This document shows positions 1-12,986 of a DNA stretch of 64,000 nt, in pieces. Made by a program: the position numbers and the translations under genes. The notes beneath the pieces are model-generated. The model was not told the DNA's origin. It saw nothing but the letters and a program-made list of their open reading frames with translations, and made no database searches. The DNA comes from Takakia lepidozioides. Lineage: Eukaryota > Plantae > Bryophyta. Numbering within the stretch: position 1 is the first letter of the stretch; each line of letters begins with the position of its first letter. The DNA lies in contig CM060732.1 in the NCBI GenBank assembly GCA_030704615.1, positions 36,084,001 to 36,148,000 on the forward strand, in the 5' to 3' direction.

Positions 1-314
1 TCAGGTCATACTCATTTACACTTCGGATACATGTTGCAGAACTTTGAAATGAGATTATTTTGAAAAGTTGGTTCTGTGGTCAATCTGTTGTTAAATTAGC
101 TTCACAATGTAAGAGTCAGAATGACTATTCACTTGAGCATCAACTGAGAGTGGTAGTTGTCCAATAGCACAAGTTGGTGCATGTGAGGGTTGTGGTATCA
201 AATGTTTCTTTGCTGGTTTTGTCTGTTTTCATGCAGTCTATGGTTGCTGGAGATGTGAGAGTTATTGCGAGGTCTGACATAGAGCTGGGCTTCTGGTTGG
301 GGCTGGTTGCGCAG

Positions 315-1005
315 TTCTTCATTGTGTTGTCATGTATAATCTCAGTTTCTGTCAACTTCAGCACTTTCCTTGTCATTGGAAAGACATCAGCAGTGACTTA
401 CCAAGTTTTGGGGCATCTGAAGACATGCCTGGTCTTGGCATTTGGATACATTCTCCTCAAGAATCCCTTCAGCTGGCGCAATGTATGTGGAATATTGGTT
501 GCAGTGTTGGGGATGGGGCTCTACTCATATGCCTGCGTTTTGGAAAGCCAACAAAAGTCAAATGACAATACTGTCACATCGGCTCAGGTCGGTCACTCAG
601 GGACCGAAGCTAGGAACTCCACTTAATGGGATGTAGGAATTTTTCCTTGCCTGGCGATCTTCCTTAGCATTTTTCATCCTAGCTTGGCCCATTTCTCTCC
701 AAATGTCATGAAGGATGATTTGTGTACAAAACATCATGATGTGTATGCTGACAATTGAAGTAGTAACGAAGTTATGACCTGTACTACCTCCCAGTGATAG
801 CTCAGTTGTGCACTGCCAATCTGATTGTGCTTAGACTTCCAAGGAACTGTGGGTGTTTTGAGGGCAGGTGCTCAAGGAGAAAGAGCTCACTGATCCATTG
901 CTCGCTGTCGAAAATGGGGCAGCACAGATGCTAGCTGAGGATGTGGACAATACAGCGCAGTCACCCTGGACCAAGGGAAGTTCGGGTAAGGACCTGCGAG
1001 CTTGA
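315..1005 (+). CDS. UXT: 3' exons (315-587, 868-1005) of a UDP-xylose/nucleotide-sugar transporter (UXT, TPT family); 5' part lies outside the window
   Basis: FFIVLSCIISVSVNFSTFLVIGKTSAVTYQVLGHLKTCLVLAFGY is the UXT/TPT signature. AG/GT boundaries at 314/588 and 867. Last exon VLKEKELTDPLLAVENG...KDLRA* resembles UXT C-termini. Confidence 0.9.
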
Positions 1006-1399
1006 TTACCACCGACCGACCAATTCTTTGAGTGCCTACCAGACCAGCCCTCATAGGCAGAGATCTGTAGGAGGTGCGCTATCTGGTGGGCCTAGAAAGC
1101 TATGGAGTGGCATGCTTGAGAGCAAAGCACAACTTGTGCCTCAAGTGTGAAGCGTTGTGGGATGAACAGGCTTGGGTAGATCTTAGAGCAGGTAGCCCTG
1201 AGAGGGTAGGGTAGGTTTATTTAACATAAGCTCTACTAATTTGTAGACTGAGGACTTGTAGCATATTATTTTTGAATCCAAAGTTTGGAAAGAAAAGCAT
1301 ACTTCTTAGTGGAAAGCATAATTATATGCAGACCTCTTGTTGTGGTCATTCCAGTCATGTGTAGCATTGCTTTGATGAACTAAGATAATCTTGTTTGCT

Positions 1400-3300
1400 G
1401 CAGCAGTTCTGACAAGCAATGACTTGCAGCACCGGTAACAAATCTGGGTGTCAACAGCCACTTCACATCGAGACTAGCTGAGACATTGCTTCAAACATAC
1501 TACAGGCCATTCGGTGACTGCTTCTGAAAGTGAACCTAGTGGCAGTCCAACTGTTTGAAAATTTAGAGGCCACTCAAAGCCATCTAGTTCAGGAAACTGC
1601 CACTGTTAAGGCTATGTGTAGCAACTTTTGGACTGTGCACTTCATAGCCTCTGTTGCTTACTTTGACGTTCCCAGTCCCCCAGGCACAGAAGGTGTAGCA
1701 GCTTTTTCTCCTTAACCTTCGCCTTGCTGTGGCCTTGCGGAGTTTGGATGAGGAGAGCGGAAAGGGTACACTACAATGACAGAAGCCTCACTCCAGCAGT
1801 GGGACTTAAACCTTTAGCATTAACTTATTCTGGTCTGCTTGATTATCTCAAGAAACCTCTGTACAAAAGCATCAATCTGCTGACCTTCGACTTCACACCT
1901 AAGGAGGGCCATAAGCCTTCTGAGCCCCAATCAAAGTGAAGAGAGGAGCTGTGATATCTGTTTGACACTTTCAAAGAGGTTCCCTCTTTCAGACAAATGC
2001 ATCAAGACATATTGCTACCCTCGCCATCCTCCACACTGGACACATGGATTTCCTGCTGCCCACCTTGTTTGACTCACATGATACTTAGCAGCTTATATTG
2101 AAGTTCAACTTAGTGCCCCCATTGGAAGGCCTTTAGGTGGTTCTTATGCTTAATCCTTGGGTGCCTTCCTCATCAGAATCTTGGGAGTAGAATTGTGCCA
2201 GGCTTCAGCTGCTACTTGCTAAACCTTTTTCATTGGAGCTAAAAGCTCACCATAACCTTGGCCAAAGCCAGGTAACTTCATTCGGGGACAGGAAGTTCCT
2301 ACTGTATGCTTGTAAAGAAGAGCTGCATGATGGAAATGGGATTGAGAAGTTGATGGTTAAGCAGCATGGATTCTTCAGGGAGCTTATCCATCGTTTGGAG
2401 TTTTGGGGATCTAGTGTTATGCCATGAAGAACCAACCTGATGGCCTGAACTTGTGAGTGGAGAGTTTGCGTTTCCTTTGTGCCCACATATCATGAGTGCT
2501 GCATCCAATTGTGAACCTGAATACGATGAGATACACGTAGCTTGCCAGCTGAATTCCCTACGCTACATTGGCCAACACCAGCAAGTTGCCATCTTAAATC
2601 ACATCAAATGAAGGAAACTTAGCAAATGCAGACAACTGGCACCACAGCGTGTAGTTGCTGTGGAGGTGTGAAACACCGGGGAAAACTTCCAGGAAGTTTC
2701 CGGAAGCAGTAATATCTTCTGATGTGACCCAGACTGACACGGTGAAGCCTCCATTATAGTTGCTTTGTCGAGGCTTGGAAAAGAGAACATGTCTGCACGT
2801 TAGAAGTGTGAAAGCCTTTGAAACACCTTTGACATGCCAATCCCTACTAGCATTGTCCATTTATACACCACGATGTCGATTTGTGAAATTTATGCTTTAG
2901 TGTCTATGGTTTAAGGATGTGTGTTCCCCTATGGATGTGGAGTATGCAATCGAGGCATTCAGCACTTTCCAGCTCAGGCTGGGCGAAGAAGGTTGCTTGG
3001 AAACTACTGATGACTGAGCATCTGGGAAACCCAGCCGGGAACCACATGAGGCAGCACCTCGCGGGAACGTTCCGGGGAGCCTTTCCCGCTCATATCTTTC
3101 TGAAACTTCTTGGTGGGTCATTCGAATTTGCGGAAAGACGACTTGGCAGTTTATCCACATGGCCCTCCTACATCGAATGCGGGCATTCTAAAAATGCTCC
3201 GGTAGTGTAGAGGTCACAAATCCAGTATGACGTGCGGCGATCCAGTCTCCACCACTTCCGAGAAATTGCTCGCTCCTGTCACCTGTGTTCACTTGTCAAA
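1400..3300 (+). pseudogene. Possible decayed intronless gene, family not identified
   Basis: Protein-like fragments in shifting plus-strand frames (e.g. ATLAILHTGHMDFLLP, FFRELIHRLEFWG, DVCSPMDVEYAIEAF) broken by stops. No diagnostic motif. Confidence 0.25.
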
Positions 3301-4267
3301 ATACTGTTGATCAAAGGACTGTAGGTGATTGAAACCACGAAAGCTGGCCAAAACCGCAGACCTGTGGTGAAGGTTGTACAACTGCATTGTCGTCTGTCGG
3401 TATCGGTATGAATCCTTTGTCTATTTGTTTATTTGTTTCTCGCAAGAGGAAAGATCTCTTGGACACAGTAAAGGAAGATGGATGGATTGGAGTGAATGCG
3501 GGCGGGCCGCTCACCCGCAGCCAGCAGGCCCAGTCCGGCAATTCATCCCTGCGCAGGCACTGCGACCCGAAAGTTGAGAACACATGCACGGCGCGCTCGG
3601 ACAGCGCCCAGTGCCCAGACCACTGGGCCCATGCGCTCTGCATTCATTAAGACAAGAAACGTGTTGATTGTCCGTTTGGTTTTTGGTTGGGAGTGAATGC
3701 CGCAAGTGAAGCGGTTCGCAAATGGGGCCTACTAAGGTACATATTCTCCTTGGAATGTCATATAAATTCGGTGTAGAGGCGTATCGCGTCACAATGGAAT
3801 ACAGCCAAGTGCGTTGGAGATGTAAATTTAGCCTTCAATACGGAGAGCATGACATAATAATAATACAAGTCGACATAAAACCTCGTCGGTGTCGGTTCGT
3901 TGTTACATCAACAGTCTTTACAGCGCATGTAATAAGCAAGGGGACTACAGACCTCACCCATGGATCAGTAGTAACTGGTACGCCACTTATTTACCGTACA
4001 TCCCTCAAGTCATGTCGTGTGGATCAGCACAGCACCAAACAACCCTTCGGCCCCAAGTAAACCACCCTCTTCCAAAATCCTTCCATCTCCTTGTCTGCAG
4101 GCTGCACGTAGACCTGGGCCCACTCCTCCCTCACCTTTGAAATCACCCACCCTACTCTAACCCTCTATCCTCCTGCACCCTCTGGTCCTTGCCTGAGCTC
4201 CCACTTGCGCTATACCTTGCCAAAATCACCTCCGTTCTAGAACCTTCCCTAGCATTCCTTGGCATGG

Positions 4268-4456
4268 ATTCCATGTGGGCCCCGCATGCTATAGCCACTT
4301 TCAAGGGGCATGCAATAGCCATGTGGGCCCAATGCAAATAGCCACGCTAGTTGAGCTGAGTCAGCTTGCTAGATGTTGCATGCAATAGCCATGTGCGCCC
4401 CACCTGCAATAGCCACTTTGAAGGGGCATGCAATGGCCATGTGGGCCCAATGCACG
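4268..4456. repeat. Local direct repeat (ccatgtgggccc...atagccactt..aaggggcatgcaat.gccatgtgggcccaatgca) in two copies
   Basis: Near-identical ~65 bp blocks at ~4270-4336 and ~4389-4454. Confidence 0.75.
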
Positions 4457-4599
4457 CTGCCACTTCTATTCGGACAGCCGCTTAAGCGTCGGCTCGCCTC
4501 TAGCTGATTTGATTTTTCGGGCGCTTGGGGTAGATATTGGCACAATCGCATGGCTACTCTACTTACTTGGCCAAGCTTCTAAATATAAGCCCCCCAAAA

Positions 4600-4750
4600 C
4601 AACCAGCCGAGGAAAGGGCATATACCCTCTTACGATAGTGGTTGTGGGTTCAAACCACCCTGTTGGTTGTTCCAAAGATGTCCACCTTCCTACCGGAAGG
4701 TAGTAGCCCTTCTGGATCAAGTGACACCATATTGCTTCGGCAATGCGTCC
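4600..4750 (+). mobile_element. Short interspersed repeat, probable tRNA-derived SINE (copy 1)
   Basis: B-box-like GGGTTCAAACC at ~4646. The block gtggttgtgggttcaaaccac...tgtccacctt...ggaagg.agtagccctt recurs inverted at ~16800-16915. Confidence 0.5.
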
Positions 4751-4819
4751 ACCTCGTTTTTTTAAGCACCCTGGCAAGTTTATAACTTAGATTGTAGTGA
4801 TGCTAGAGGTTGCTCAAGA

Positions 4820-6015
4820 TTGTGAGGATGGGGAGTTGGGGGGTTGGGATAGTTGACAGGGAGAGGTGGTAGCAAATGCCTCAGAATTTTGTGTGGCCTC
4901 GTCGTAATGAGGCCGCAGGGTGCAGAGTGGACAGGGACCTGACAACGGCCCCACTACATTAAAAGGATCCCTATTCCCCTGTTTCTCTTATATATCAAAA
5001 AAACGTCAAATTATTGGCATGGTGGAGATTGTGGTCTGGTGGTAGGTCGAAGGTGATGTGGCGATATAGGTCTCAGGTTCCATTCCTTGAACATAGTTCC
5101 GGTGGATGGCGCTTACTGTAACTACCTCCATGGAGGTGGTATGCAAATACTCTCATGCAGGTAGTTCAGCTTGGTTTTGCAACTACCTTCATGTAGAAAA
5201 TCTTAAAACTACCTGCATGGAGGTAGTTGTAAAATTCATATGCCAAAAAAATTCTAAGTCCTTCACGCATGAAGGTAGTGTGCTCCTATATTAATGAGAC
5301 GGCCTGACGGTCGTCTAACCAGCCTCATAACGACGAGGCCACACAAAATTCTGAGACGTAGCAAATATAGAGTTTTAGGGTTCAGGTGCAATGAAGAGGG
5401 CTTGCAACCAAGAGAAGAGGACTCTATGATGATGGCCATGGGATGGGGGGCTGATTTTATGTAACAAACTCTTCATGGTCATTATGTTATATATTGTGCA
5501 TGTGACTCTGTTTTTTCTGCTCAAAATTACTTCTATTTACTTTGCATGGCTATTATTTTTTACAAGATCCAAAGCCTATATGCACCCCAACATTGCGAGG
5601 ATGGGGAGTTGGTTGGCGAGATAGCTGGTAAGAGAGAGGTGGGCTACAGATATATATATATACCTATGTATGTATGGCGCCAAATAAGAGCCTCTTTCTT
5701 TGGTGGGTAACTAGCCTCTTTCACGGGTGGGCTCTATGAGGTGAGCTATTACCAAGAGAGATGCTCATGTTCACGTGAAGAGGCAAGTCTGTACTGGGGC
5801 CTACAACCAAGAGGACGGTGTAACGAGATTGAGAGTGATTAGGGGTATTATGTAACACAGGTTATTCAATGAGGTCTTCCTTGTCACTCAGTATGTTATA
5901 CAATGTGTATGCAACTCTGATTTTTCTGCTCGAAGTTACTTCTACAATGCACTTTCATATGTTTCATTTTGGATGTAGTATGGCTATGGAGTTATTTTTT
6001 ACTGGATCCAAAGTG
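4820..6015. repeat. Degenerate ~400 bp tandem/dispersed repeat hosting the MITE
   Basis: ttatgtaaca...tatgttata...actctg.tttttctgctc.aa.ttacttcta at ~5457-5536 and ~5848-5945. gaggatggg.agttgg...gagaggtgg at ~4825 and ~5597. A related block occurs at ~19600-19660. Confidence 0.6.
4878..5357. mobile_element. Mutator-like MITE, 480 bp
   Basis: ~35 bp TIRs (gcctcagaattttgtgtggcctcgtcgtaatgagg / cctcataacgacgaggccacacaaaattctgagac) and a perfect 9-bp TSD GTAGCAAAT (4869-4877, 5358-5366). Confidence 0.92.
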
Positions 6016-7259
6016 AATAGTGATGAAGGACACTTATATTGTCTGTTTTTCTTGTTAGTTGGTAATGTGGAGTTGATGATGGGAGTGGGGCCTATCTTAG
6101 TATTGAAGGTTCCCGGGTTGTAATAATGGTATGCCATAGTTTCTATTTTTGTTACTTGTAATAAGGAAAAAGGCCTATGTGCCCTGTTTGCAAATACTAA
6201 CCCTTAACTTCCTACATGGTTCATTTTTTTACACCTAAAATTTACTACCCATGCCCGATAAAATGAGACTAACTACCTATCAAAAATCATCCAGAAAAAT
6301 GAACCTTACACGAAGGTGCGCACCTGGCACATGCATGCACTCACCAAAAATGAACTTGTTTCACCGTGAAATGTGGGAGATTATATGGTTTTAGAGAGGA
6401 TGAATTTTTTGTTGGCTCTCTTGTAAAGAGAGACTTTGCAACATGTTAAGTCAATGGAGAAAATGTGGTCAAAGGACCTTACACCGTGTCAAGGCTCTGA
6501 TTGGTGTGTTGTGCTGAGTCATGCCCCTTACTATATATGTATATATAGACGCCTCCCAAAGAGAACGTAAATTCGCCTCTCATTTTAAGATAATAGGGTC
6601 TTCAATGGGCACGTGCGATGTGGCCGGTGGGCCCCGCGCACGGACGCCCGGCTCCCCAGCACCCCACCCGCCCAGCCGCGGGCGCGGCTACAGCAACCGC
6701 GCCCGCGCCCCCGTCCGCCGCGCGGCCAGTCCCCCGCCCATGAGTCTGCTGCCCTCCAATCTGCCAGTCCGCCAGTCTGCCCGCCAGTCCGGTGCTGGCC
6801 AGTCCGCTGGCCAGTCCGCTGACGGCGCAGGATCGCCACCATCCATTCCCATAACCCATCCGAGCCCTCCATTTTTAGGGCTGCGAAAATGGCAATGATC
6901 TTGCCACCAAATCCCGGCCGCTCTCTTTTGACGGCTGTTTGTTGTCCGATGTTGCGGTAGGCGTTTCCATGCACGCGGCTGTTCCTCTTTTGCGCGCGAT
7001 GTTCATGATGATGATGAAGCGTGTGCTTGAACATGAGAGGACTGTCTCGGCACTACAGCCACCATCGTGCATATGCTTCCACTATTTTTGCCTTCTTGTT
7101 GTGCTTTCGGGAACCTTCGTTTTATGGTTTGGTTCTATGTCTTAAATATGGAAAATGCGGACATCTGTCGTCGATAACGTCCTCTGCTTGTGATCCGTCA
7201 TGATACGTTTAGCCCCTTTGTACTGCATCCCTCATGAGAGCCTTCACAAGTTTAGTTCG

Positions 7260-9072
7260 TTAAAGGAACCCATGGGTAACATGGGCGCGAAAATGGCGGA
7301 AACGTATGCACATGGGGGCGTGTATTGCAGATTTCGTATCGGACGATGGGACTGTTTATGTGACCAAGTATAGCGGCTTGCATCCGTCGTGCATAAGTTG
7401 TGGAAAAGGGTGGAGAATCTGAAGAAACCCAGCTTTGTGATGGATCCACATGGTATTATATAAGGGATGGCAGCACAAAAAAGCAATTCGAGTCGTCACG
7501 GAACACCATCCAGTCCTAAGGTCCTCAAACATCCACACGCACCTGCTGAATGCAGATGTCTGAGCCACGACGGGAGTAGGTGCAGAATCGGTACATTGTC
7601 GCATTTGCCAGGAGACGCAATAATATGTACTCTCGCACGCGGTCCACTTCCGCACGCACTGCAGTCGCTTGTAAAGGAGCATCATTGCTAGGTATCCGCC
7701 AAGCCTGAATGGCCCTACGAATAGAAACACGTTCATCCTGGTACACGGCAGAGAACTTGGACGTTAGGAACATGGACGTGGACTCTATATTCACCTCATG
7801 CAGCGGACTGGACTCACAGACCAGCAGACTGACAGACGTAACGTACGTACGTAGGGTGGAGGCAACTAGTAGACTGTACCAGTGGACTAGACCAGCGGAC
7901 TGACAAACGGACTCAGTAAGTAATGCAGCGATATAAAATAGACTAACTGACGAGCGGAGTGGCCAGCGGACTGAGGAGAGAACGTAGCGGACTGACCAGA
8001 CTGAATAGGCAACGTGACCCCGATGATGGACTCAAACAGCACAGAGAACAGACTGGGCGGTCAGACTGACCATTACCTCCTCTACTTCATCATCGTCATC
8101 TTCATCTTCAAAGCTGTTCAACCAATTCTGTTACGCCTGTCGGATGAATATGCGTAGCAGACCTGACTGGGCAACTCTGTAGAAATAACGGAAGAAGTCT
8201 GGATCCCCAATTGGTGGGCACTCTGGTGGGAAAAGCGCAAAGTCAACGAGGCGCAATGTGCCAGGGTAGACTGGCCCTTCAGTGCTCTGTTGAGTTTTTG
8301 GTTTTGACCCTAAACCTCTGGCATGGGTCGCGATATTTGTGTGAGTCTGCTACCAAGTCTGGTCAGACAAGTCAATGTCCACTGGACTTGTCACCCCTTC
8401 CAGGCTCGAAGTCATCATTCCGGATAATGGTTTGCCCGCCCTGAGCAGATTCACTTTCAGTATCAGTACTGATGGTGTAAGTCTGCCGCCCAGGACGGGG
8501 TTCAGTCTGTTGCGTGGATTTTGCCCTTGCCTCGCGAGCAGACCTTGCAGCTTTTTTTTTTTTTTGCCTCTCCTTTTTTTGGGCCCCATCACTCAGTTTA
8601 CGTTTTCTGGCAGCGTCCGGCGTTCCCTGCACTTGCAAATCCTCCATTGACGGGCCATCAGAATGGACGCCATACCGTGCGCGCACTTCGTCTAATTCCA
8701 AAGTGCGGGGGTCAAGCACTGATCCGCGCAAACGCATTGTGGCCTCTTTGACAATCGACATTTCTTTCAGTATCGGCCAAGGCTTGAAATCCCGTGGAAT
8801 CATTGCAACAGTCTCCTTGCAACCCGTGTCAACACAATGCCGATTTAGTTGGATTTTGTCCTTGATAACCTCTTCACAGAAGGGACAGAAGAGCTTGTCA
8901 TTCTGCCAATTCGAGTTTTTGGGCTTCCGGGCGCGGAGGTCTACAAATGCTTCCACTATTTTATGATCAAACTCGTCTAGTGAGTACCAGTACCTTCGCT
9001 CTTTCTTCAGTCTGGTTTGGTGCACAAAATCCACCTAGTCCGCTCCACCCTTTTCACAAGCATCCTCCATCG
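7260..9072 (-). pseudogene. Third MULE gene: unknown multi-exon protein with a CxxC-x12-H/C zinc-finger-like motif, a basic patch and an acidic tract; disrupted
   Basis: Acceptor ttctgcag at 9073, then MEDACEKGGAD*(TAG 9035-9037)VDFVH...FCPFCEEVIKDKIQLNRHCVDTGC...RKRK...KKKK. Continues in another frame to FEDEDDDDEVEE|gt (8077). A further exon-like stretch at ~7797-7543 ends at a GT donor. Confidence 0.55.
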
Positions 9073-9499
9073 CTGCAGAATGAAACGAGGGTGCAAGGAC
9101 AATGAGCGACAGATAGAAGTCCTATGAAAAGACTCACCCTAAGCAAGAAGAGGATACAGAATGGAATGGAAACACCGTAGCAAGTGAGAACCTCACCGAG
9201 CCAATGAACTTCGAGTTGTTACGAAGGCGAGCGTGTTTGCGACGCTTCGCGGCTCACCGCGACTCTCCACACCTGGGGAAGAACGGCCGTCTTTCGTTAC
9301 GGTGATGGAAACGCAAAGAGGAAAACAAAACAGTGCGAAGAAACAGGCGCAAAGAGAATGGAGTCGATCGCACAGGGAACATGAGAAGAAAGTAGAAGTA
9401 GAAGGGGGAGAGCGGGCATGGCACTGCCAACGTGGCGCGATTTCACAGGCGCCAACTATCCGCCGTCATCGCATTGAATACGTCCACCGAACGAACGCA

Positions 9500-12126
9500 T
9501 CGTACTAAATTCATCCACAGTCCTCGCACGTGCAGCAGGAGACTGGCAGCAGAACAGACTAACAAAGTACCAGACGAACAGACTGATATCCATCGGGGAA
9601 CGATTGTCGAGCACACCTCCAGTTCAGCAGACTGGTTTGCAAAGAAGCGGGTGGAATGAAGACAAAAGAGAGTAAGGGGAGAACAGCAAAGTCAAACACA
9701 CCCATTGCGATCAGACTCGCGGCACAACAGATTGATGCATGCACAGTCCAACAGACTGATATCCATAGAGGAGAACTGTCCAGCAGACGGACGTTTCGCC
9801 AGACTCGCGGGAGAACAAGCCAAAAGACTGACCGGAGGGAAAATAAGAAGTTAAACAGACTTAGTGCAACAGACTTCCGACACAACAGACTGACAAATTC
9901 ACAAGTGCAACAGACTGATATCCCAACAGACGGACTTCCAGTAGACTGCCTCCAAACTGACTGTTATGCACGCGATAAGGGGAATATCCGGAGCACTGAC
10001 GGGCCAGCGGACCCACTGTGAACAGAGGCTCGGAGCGGCAGACTGCACAACTCAGCTCTGACTGCACAGTTCAGACTGCACGGCCTAACCAGCACATTGC
10101 ACACTTCACAGAGGGAAGGACTGACGACCAACCTGCCACCGAGCACACTGCCCACATTGAGGAAGAGACTGAACCGCAGAGTTGCCAGCAGACTGCACAG
10201 TTCACAGATGAAAGGACTAACGAAGAACCGGCGGCCAAGCAGACTGCCCACATTGAGTAACAGACTGAACATGCTGGCAGGCACACTGACAAGGAACCAC
10301 ATGCGGCACAAACTCCGTCTGGTATAGCGCTGGATTACATGGAGTCTGCTCCCTCACCCCTTGGGCAGGTTGTGTCATTTCTTCTTTCAGCACTGTTGTT
10401 TATGTTTTAGCACATTGTGAAATTGGGCTAATTCGTCATTTTGCTCGGTATCCTCACAGGATGTTCGTCCCTCCGTTGGCAGACTGTCTACTTCTGAGGA
10501 CATGACATCTTCCGCCCATGCTGCAAACGTGGGATCGACAACCAAGAAAGGTGTGGGGGTGAGCACGCCCCCCGATGCGTGGGTCAGTTCTACGCATGCG
10601 ACCCACGAAGCTGCAAAGACAGGTCCAGAAAGTGTAAACAAACCTGCTGACCAGCCTCTGTTGCGAAGTAGGGCGGCAGCACTGCGTTTGTCTGCTCTAT
10701 CCAGCCCGCCTACAGCTGACCCTGCTTCCCAGGGGAGAGGCAAAGCCAAGAAGCGGACTATCGTGGACCATACTGAGGAGGTCGAGGAGGGTCCGAGTAC
10801 CAAGAGACCGGCGAAGAAAAAGTCTGGCGTCTTTATGAACAAGAACCGCAAGCTGGCCTTGGACATAGACAAAGATGTGGGTCGTTTCCTGGAGCAGCAC
10901 AGGTGAGTACTGTGCTCAGTCTCCTTGTCTGTCTTTGTCGTTAAGTGCTTTGCGCTCTATTGTGGTCAGTCTGCTGCTGAGTTCATCATTGTCTGTTGTG
11001 GTTAGTCTTGTCAGTCTGATGAACTATTCAGCCTGTAGAGTGTTTGGTACCATGTTGACGTCAGTCTGTTCAGTACATGAGGCTTCCCGAAGGATGGTCT
11101 GCTCTATGCAGGATGGGTGCTCGGTTTGACAAAGCACATGCTCTGCACGTCAAGGCGGGTAATTCCATGCTGATGTTTTTTGAAGGGGATCCACGGTTTG
11201 AATGCGGCCTGTCGCCGGATGACATAAAGGCGCTCCAGAAGGTTGAGTCGGAGTACACAGATAGACTCCTGGAGCTGTGGTGTCGATTCTATGAGAAGTC
11301 GGTTGAGGCTGCATTCACCAACACTATTGTTGTTCTTCAAACGTCGACGTGGACGGTGTTGAAGTTATTGGGGGTGGGGCAACGTGAAAGCCTTCTGGAG
11401 GTCTTGAAAGGTTGCCTCAGCACTGAACGACTGGGCAAGGACTTGAAAGAGTGTGATTTCATTTGGGTGCCAATTGGGGACAAGTAAGAACTTTTCCGAG
11501 TCTGCTGAGACTGTCTCCTGAGTCATAGTCTGGTTTCGCAGTGTCGTCTTGACTCTGAGCGATTAAGTTGACCTCTGTATTTGTGCAGTGGACTGGGTTT
11601 GAAGATTGAGTCTGCTGAGTGCTGAGTCTGCTGAGTGGTCGGTCTGCTGAGTCTGCCCATCATGATTGTGCAATGACGCCATGTTGTTTGATACCATTGC
11701 ATGGGGCACTGGAGTGTTTGTATCATCGACCTCCGCAAAGGCTGTTACACTCACCTGAACTCTATCAGGGACTCGCATAGTTGTCCCTCTGTTCTAGGGT
11801 GGATTCGGAAGCTTCATGCTGAGTGCTTAGGGTACTCGATGGACTCACAGGAGTGGCATGAGATTGTCCAAGCATTTCAGTTCCACGCGCCTGATATGCC
11901 CCAGCAACCATTTAGCTGGGAGTATGGCTTTTACGTCATGTCATTCATTCAAGTGTTTTATGAGTGGGTAAAAGTCAGACGAAATGTCTCCAAGACTGCA
12001 AAGCCAGAGAGAGGAACACCTTTCACGAAGGACTGGTTTACTTTCAAGTTTGCACTTGGGCAGCGAATGCAGTGTGCCCAGTATATCGTGCGGGGGTTGG
12101 ACAATGTAGAGAAACTGCTCTCATGA
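9500..12126 (+). pseudogene. Ulp1-like (peptidase C48) gene carried by the MULE; exons ~9500?-10368, 10460-10902, 11112-11483, 11703-12126; inactivated
   Basis: DFIWVPIGDK|GHWSVCIIDL...HLNSI...PQQPFSWEYGFYV matches the Ulp1 His/Asp/Gln/Cys layout, but Asp reads Asn and Cys reads Tyr, and the last acceptor reads CAT (11700-11702). Confidence 0.85.
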
Positions 12127-12863
12127 GTATGATGTACTTGTCATGTGAAGTCTATGTACCGAAATAAAAAATGCGAGTCTTTTTGCTTACTATTCCAGTG
12201 GTGATGAGCACTTCTGTGTACTGTGGATGCTGGCATATTTTGTAATGTTGTCACTAAACTCAATGGACACAATGGTGTCAATTTTTCCATGCACTGTGCA
12301 CCCGAGTCTGCTGAGCTTGAATGTGCGAGCAGTACGCTGCCGAGGCTAGGACTGGTGGGTCTGATACCTAGTCTGGTAGGCATCATGTCCATGAGTCCGC
12401 TGGGACGCTGGATTGGCATGAGTCGTTAGGGAGGTAGTCCACTGGAGCCTGTCCATTTTGAGTCTGCTGTTGTGGATGAGTCTGCTTGAGACTTAGTCTA
12501 TCCAGCAATCTGCTGGAAGAGTTGCAGGGATGAGGTGGAAGAGTTGCAGGGATGAGGTGGAAGTGTGGTGAGCAGACTTTTGGAGTGGGCAGCAGACTGA
12601 CCAACAGACTGGCTTACTGGCGTTCGTAGTCTGTTGAGTGTGACTCTGTTGGGAGACTGTGCGTGAGTCCGTTGGGAGACTATGCTTGGGAGACTGGAGG
12701 AGTCCGTTGGGAGACTGTGCAGGAGTCCATTGTGGGACTCTGCAGCCGTCTGATGGGAGTTTGTGTCGGAGTGTGCTGGGATTGTGGAGACTGGAGGAGT
12801 CCGTTGGGAGACTATGCATGAGTCCATTGCGGACTTGTATTTCAGAAAGGGACAATGCTACCA

Positions 12864-12986
12864 GAGGAATTGCAGACTTATATTGTCTTCTTCATGACAC
12901 CTACACGACCTGAAACCTTGTCTCTTTTCGAGGCATTGCAGACTTATATTGTCTTCTTGGTGACACCTACACGACCTGAAACCTTG
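12864..12986. repeat. 66-bp-period tandem duplication spanning the transposase 3' end
   Basis: gagg.attgcagacttatattgtcttctt..tgacacctacacgacctgaaaccttg at 12864 and 12930. Confidence 0.85.

Noticed and set aside
5118-5282. Spaced palindromic repeats resembling a CRISPR array
   Set aside because: Eukaryotic DNA, irregular short spacers, no cas genes, and it lies inside a MITE.
6521-7034. GC-rich ORFs over the TIRs (also 16399-16777)
   Set aside because: Artefacts of GC-rich inverted repeats; the same peptides are mirrored at both ends.
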